From contig NIVC01004001.1 of assembly GCA_002269645.1 (NCBI GenBank), forward strand, positions 1,783-65,782: 64,000 bases of DNA. The letters run 5' to 3'. This document shows positions 58,701-64,000 of this stretch, in pieces. How positions within the stretch are numbered: the first letter of the stretch is position 1; each line of letters starts with the position of its first letter. A program made the translations under genes and the position numbers. The notes below the pieces were generated by a model that did no database searches, had not been told where the DNA came from, and was given only the letters and a program-made list of their open reading frames with translations. Source of the DNA: Macrostomum lignano (taxonomy: Eukaryota).

Positions 58701-61700
58701 TCAGTTGCTGGGCCAACCTCCCAGATCCTCAGTTTCTGGGCCAGCCTTCCAGATCCTCAGCTGCTAGGCCACAGCATCCCAAATTCTCAGTTGCTGGGCC
58801 ACATACCTCCCAGATCCCCAAATAAATGCCCCTAATTCTCAGGCCCGAAGTCCATCCAATACGCCAACGGGCTGGACGGCCGCACCCGGCGGAACACTTT
58901 CGACCGGGCCTTCTCGCACGAGGCCGTCGGCCGGACCTTCCCCGTGCTGGACGAGTGCGCAGACGAGCTGATTGAGAAGCTGCGGGCCATGGCCGCCAAG
59001 GGCGAGCGAATACCGCTGTCCCGCTTCTGCATTGGCCTGGCCATCAAAGCGATTCTTCGAGTGACAGTCGAGCCCGACAGCGCCAGCCTGCCCGATGAGC
59101 AGGTGGCTGTTTTTGCTGCTTGTACAGCAAATATGTTTCTGTAATAAAACGCTTTCTAATTTCCTAATTGCTTATTCTTCATCCCAAATCCCATACTCAG
59201 GTGGCTCAATTAAAATCCTGCTACGATCTCGCTTGGAACGAGATGGAGGCGCGTCTGACTCAGGGAGAGCCCGAGGCTGGCGATCATCGCGTCCAGGTGC
59301 GCGACTGTTGGGATTCTGATCCCGAATACCCAACTCAAATAGGATTCGATTCCAAATATGAAGATCCCAATTCCAAACATGAAGATCCCGATTCCAAATA
59401 TGAAGATCCCGATTCCAAATATGAAGATCCCAATTCCAAACATGAAGATCCCGATTCCAAATATGAAGATCCCAATTCCAAACATGAAGATCCCGATTCC
59501 AAATATGAAGATCCCGATTCCAAATATGAAGATCCCAATTCCAAACATGAAGATCCCGATTCCAAATATGAAGATCCCAATTCCAAATATGAAGATCTCG
59601 AATCCAAACATGAAGATCCCAATTCCAAACATGAAGATCCCAATTCCAAACATGAAGATCCCAATTCCAAATATGAAGATCCCAATTCCAAACATGAAGA
59701 TCCCAATTCCAAACATGAAGATCCCGATTCCAAATATGAAGATCTCGAATCCAAACATGAAGATCCCAATTCCAAACATGAAGATCCCGAATCCAGCTAT
59801 GAAGAACCCAGATAGAGAGATCCAAATCCTGAGCTTAAGACTAAAAGCAGGTGTTACATTTAGCCATTGTAATTGAACTCACAACGCCCTACCCGATGCT
59901 ATCCAGGCATTCAACGACGCCCTTTCGCACCTGCACGAATTCGTGGACTCAACCGTACGCCGACGCTCGGCCATGAAGTTCGACTCGGACGTTGACAAGA
60001 CCTTCGCCGATCTGGCCATCGAGCTGCACGCCAAGGACGCGGAGGCTCTCCGATCCGATGTGATCACCTACATGGTTGGCGGGTTCCACACCTCCGGCTA
60101 CCTGCTGCTCTGGGCCCTCTACTATGCTATCCAACACCCGAACCTGGCCGACCGGCTCCGGGCCGAGTCCGCTGAGGTCCTCGGCGCCGCCGGAGAGGCC
60201 AACATGGCAGCCATCGGGCAGATGACCTTCCATCGGGCCTTCCTTGACGAAACTATGCGGCTGTCCTGTCTGGCCCCGTTCGCTGCCCGGGTGTCCGACA
60301 CCGAGGTCGAGGTCGGCGGCCACACCGTAAGCAGGAAAACCCCACGAGTATTTTTTACAGGGAAACCCCAAGAGCGAGAATCTCTTTTGCAGGGAAATCC
60401 CGTCAGGAAAAATCCATTTCGCAGGGAAATCCCAGATTCCCAGAAAAGAGAATTTTTTGCAGGGAAATCCCAGAAGGAGTATTTTTAGCTGGAATTCCCA
60501 AGAGGAAGAATCTCTTGCAGGGGAATCCCAGGAGGGAGAATCTCTTTTGCAGAGGAATCCCAGGAGAGAATCTATTTTGCAGGGAAATCCAAGAAGGGAA
60601 AATCTATTTTGCAGGGAAATCCCAGGAGGAAGAATCTATTTCGCTGGGAAATCCCAGAAGGGAGAATCTATTTCGCAGGGATATCCAGAAGGGAGAATCT
60701 ATTAGGCAGGGAAATTCCAGAAGTATTTTAGCTGGGAATTCCCAAGAGGGAGAATCTCTTTCGCAGAGGAATCCCAGGAGAGAATCTATTTTGCAGGGAA
60801 AACCCAGGGGGAGAATCTTTTTCGCTGGCAAATCCCAGGCGGGAGAATCTATTTTGCAGGGAAATCCAAGGAGGGAAAATCTATTCAGGGAAATCCCAGA
60901 AGGAGTATTTTTAGCTGTGAATTCCCAAGAGGGAGAATCTCTTGCAGGGGAATCCCAGGAGGGAGAATCTATTAGGCAGGGAAATTCCAGAAGTATTTTT
61001 AGCTGGGAATTCCCAAGAGGGAGAATCTCTTTCGCAGAGGAATCCCAGGAGAGAATCTATTTTGCAGGGAAAACCCAGGAGGGAATCTTTTTCGCTGGCA
61101 AATCCCAGGCGGGAGAATCTATTTTGCAGGGAAATCCAAGGAGGGAAAATCTATTTGGCAGGGAAATCCCAGCCGGGAGAATCTATTTTGCTGGCAAATC
61201 CCAGGAGGGAGAATCTATTTCGCAGGGAAATCCCAGGGGGAGAATCTATTTCGCAGGAAATCCCAGGAGGGAGAATCTATTTTGCAGGAAATCCCGGGAA
61301 AGAGAATCTATTATGCAGGAAAATCCCAGGAGAGAATCTATTTTGCAGGGAAATCCCAGGAGAGAATCTATTTTGCAGGGAAATCCCAGGAGAGAATCTA
61401 TTTTGCAGGGAAATCCCAGGAAGGAATCTATTTTGCAGGGAAATCCCAGGAGGGAATCTATTTTGCAGGGAAATCCCAGCAGGAGGGAATCTATTTTGCA
61501 GGGAAATCCCAGGAGGAAAAATCTCTGGCAAAGTTGAGAATAGAAATAGTTGGAAAAAGCTCGTAGTAAACCCGAAAAGAAATAATTTTCTCGATTCATA
61601 GACCTGAAATGTAAGTCTATCTAACCTAAAGTTCCTAAAGCAGCAATCTAGCAGGAATGACAGAGTAACCCTGATCCCTCATCTCCGAGCACTCTCGCCT

Positions 61701-62025
61701 GCCCCCTTCGCAGCTGCCAGCCGGCACCCCGGTGATCCAAGCGCTCGGCGCGGCCGGCATGTGCTCAGAGGCCTACCCTGAGCCGGACGACTTCAACCCG
61801 GACAGGTGGACCGGCCAGCAGCTGTTTGAACCCTTCGGCTTTGGCCGCCGCAAGTGCCCGGGCTACCGGCTGGCCTACGCCGAGACGCCCGCTGTGCTGT
61901 CGCGCCTGCTGGCCGCCTTCCGCTTCCGGCTGGTTGACGAGACCTACACGGCTGTGTCCAGCTTCGGCCTGCTGACTAAGCCCAAGGAGGAGGTCTGGGT
62001 GCTGGCCGAGGCGCTGATAGACTGA
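55707..62025 (+). CDS. CYP20A1: Cytochrome P450 family 20; join(55707..55784,56951..57000,57095..57297,58843..59102,59201..59296,59907..60326,61714..62025), 472 aa
   Basis: N-terminal anchor; GNLPDI..AGSLHEFL..LH..HGP, SIQYANG, I-helix VGGFHTS, ETMR, FNPDRW, heme motif FGFGRRKCPG. All six introns are GT-AG and phase-consistent (1419 nt). Confidence 0.93.
57505..58815 (+). repeat. ~29-30-bp minisatellite (cctcccagatcctcagttgct core) with 290-bp higher-order duplication, CYP20 intron 3
   Basis: Identical blocks 290 bp apart (ORFs at 57907 and 58197 are identical). Confidence 0.93.
59335..59800 (+). repeat. 21-bp minisatellite (cc(a/g)attccaaa(c/t)atgaagatc), CYP20 intron 5
   Basis: ~21 copies. 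Confidence 0.95.
60335..61525 (+). repeat. ~30-bp minisatellite (gcagggaaatcccaggagagaatctatttt) with 270-bp higher-order duplication, CYP20 intron 6
   Basis: Marker attaggcagggaaattccag at 60701 and 60971. Confidence 0.92.
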
Positions 62026-62719
62026 CAGGCAGACAGACAGATGCTATAAGACTGACAGCTTTACATCAGAGGCACCATAGTCATAATCATTAGAAATTTT
62101 TTATGGTAAAGTCGAAAATTTCAGTAGTTATTGTAGTATGAAAATTGTTTGCTTTATTAGTACTTTAAGTAGTCAGTTAGTTTGTATTTGTTGATAAATG
62201 CGTTATACGTTTCCTATAAGCTTGGCTAATTGGTTTCCTCTCTGGTACTTGGTTAGCCGTTGTACGGTGTGTTTTTCAAATTTGAATTGTTTGTTGCTAT
62301 CGTAATTTTCAAGTTCGACGTTTGCAAGCCTGTGCTGTATAGTACGTGCCAGGTTTTCTTCGTAAAATTTCAATATAAACGCGAAAATACACCTGTCGCA
62401 GCATGTAGAGTAACGAGCGTGCGCACCATTACAGATGTGGTTCGAATCGTATTCCACTTCACTTTGTAACTTTTTTCTCAAACTATTGGACGGAATAATC
62501 CATTGTTTACCCGTAAAAACTGTCCAGAGCGTCTCAGAGGTCAGAAACGTCAGAAATGTGACTCCAATTTCAAAGTGATTGCTGGGCGAATTTTTGGCGA
62601 CTTGACTGTGAAATCAGGAGGACAGGGGGGGCATGTCCCCCGCATGCCAATGCTTTGCCCCCACCCCACCTTGTGACCCGTTATGGAAATCAATAATTTT
62701 GCTTCAGGGCGACAAAACA

Positions 62720-63960
62720 GCGCCTGCGGCGCAAAATGACTGCCTTCCTGCGGCACCGAATGACTGCCTTCCTGCGGCACCGAAATGACTGCCTTCCTGC
62801 GGCACCGAAATGACTGCCTTCCTGCGGCACCGAAATGACTGCCTTCCTGCGGCACCGAAATGACTGCCTTCCTGCGGCACCAAATGACTGCCTTCCTGCG
62901 GCACCAAATGACTGCCTTCCTGCGGCACCGAAATGACTGCCTTCCTGCGGCACCAAATGACTGCCTTCCTGCGGCACCGAAATGACTGCCTTCCTGCGGC
63001 ACCGAAATGACTGCCTTCCTGCGGCACCGAAATGACTGCCTTCCTGCGGCACCAAATGACTGCCTTCCTGCGGGGCAACCGAATGACTGCCTTCCTGCGG
63101 CACCGAAATGACTGCCTTCCTGCGGCACCAAATGACTGCCTTCCTGCGGCACCGAAATGACTGCCTTCCTGCGGCACCGAATGACTGCCTTCCTGCGGCA
63201 CCGAATGACTGCCTTCCTGCGGCACCGAAATGACTGCCTTCCTGCGGCACCAAATGACTGCCTTCCTGCGGCACCGAAATGACTGCCTTCCTGCGGCACC
63301 GAAATGACTGCCTTCCTGCGGCACCAAATGACTGCCTTCCTGCGGCACCGAAATGACTGCCTTCCTGCGGCACAAATGACTGTCCTCGCGGCACCGAAAT
63401 GACTGCCTTCCTGCGGCACCGAAATGACTGCCTTCCTGCTCCAGCACCAAATGACTGCTTCCTGCGGCACCGAAATGACTGCCTTCCTGCGCACCGAAAT
63501 GACTGCCTTCCTGCGGCACCGAAATGACTGCCTTCCTGCGGCACCAAATGACTGCCTTCCTGCGGCACCGAAATGACTGCCTTCCTGCGGCACCAAATGA
63601 CTGCCTTCCTGCGGCACCGAAATGACTGCCTTCCTGCGGCACCGAAATGACTGCCTTCCTGCGGCACCGAAATGACTGCCTTCCTGCGGCACCAAATGAC
63701 TGCCTTCCTGCGGCACCGAAATGACTGCCTTCCTGCGGCACCAAATGACTGCCTTCCTGCGGCACCGAAATGACTGCCTTCCTGCGGCACCGAAATGACT
63801 GCCTTCCTGCGGCACCGAAATGACTGCCTTCCTACGGCACCGAAATGACTGCCTTCCTGCGGCACCGAAATGACTGCCTCCTGCGGCACCGAAATGACTG
63901 CCTTCCTACGGCACCGAATGACTGCCTTCCTGCGGCACCGAAATAACTGCCTGCGGCGCT
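62720..63960 (+). repeat. 24/25-bp minisatellite (gaaatgactgccttcctgcggcacc), ~48 copies
   Basis: Direct tandem copies; flanked by related cctgcggcgc(t)aaaatg at both ends. Confidence 0.96.
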
Positions 63961-64000
63961 AAAATGAGCGCTGAAAATACCGATAATGTACATGTATAGG

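Noticed and set aside
62550-63889. 353-421 aa minus-strand ORFs
   Set aside because: 24/25-bp array; the frame shifts with unit length.

Overview
Eukaryotic (metazoan) genomic DNA. GC-rich exons, GT-AG introns and very dense minisatellites suggest a flatworm such as Macrostomum, but this is inferred and unverified. I reconstructed eight protein genes by hand with frame-consistent splice sites: (1) a single-ORF NR1J/HR96-like nuclear receptor; (2,3) two tandem AK2-type adenylate kinases with non-shared intron positions; (4) a Dbl-family DH-PH RhoGEF on the minus strand; (5) a PX-SH3-SH3-proline-rich protein (p47phox/NOXO1/Tks-like), head-to-head with the RhoGEF; (6) a secreted PAN-PAN-LamG-like protein; (7) a secreted PAN-fibrinogen (FReD) protein; (8) CYP20A1. 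Mobile DNA includes a decayed Gypsy pol split by an RNase H-type LINE with a visible target-site duplication (TSD), other LINE fragments, a tRNA-headed SINE candidate, two MITEs (one with an exact 8-bp TSD), and two large foldback-like structures whose inverted arms are built from minisatellites. The main unexplained pattern is the minisatellite biology. 8 of 12 introns over 240 bp carry their own tandem array, related repeat cores recur in unrelated loci, and arrays form the arms of foldback-like elements. Most long ORFs in the supplied track are read-throughs of these arrays and are not genes.
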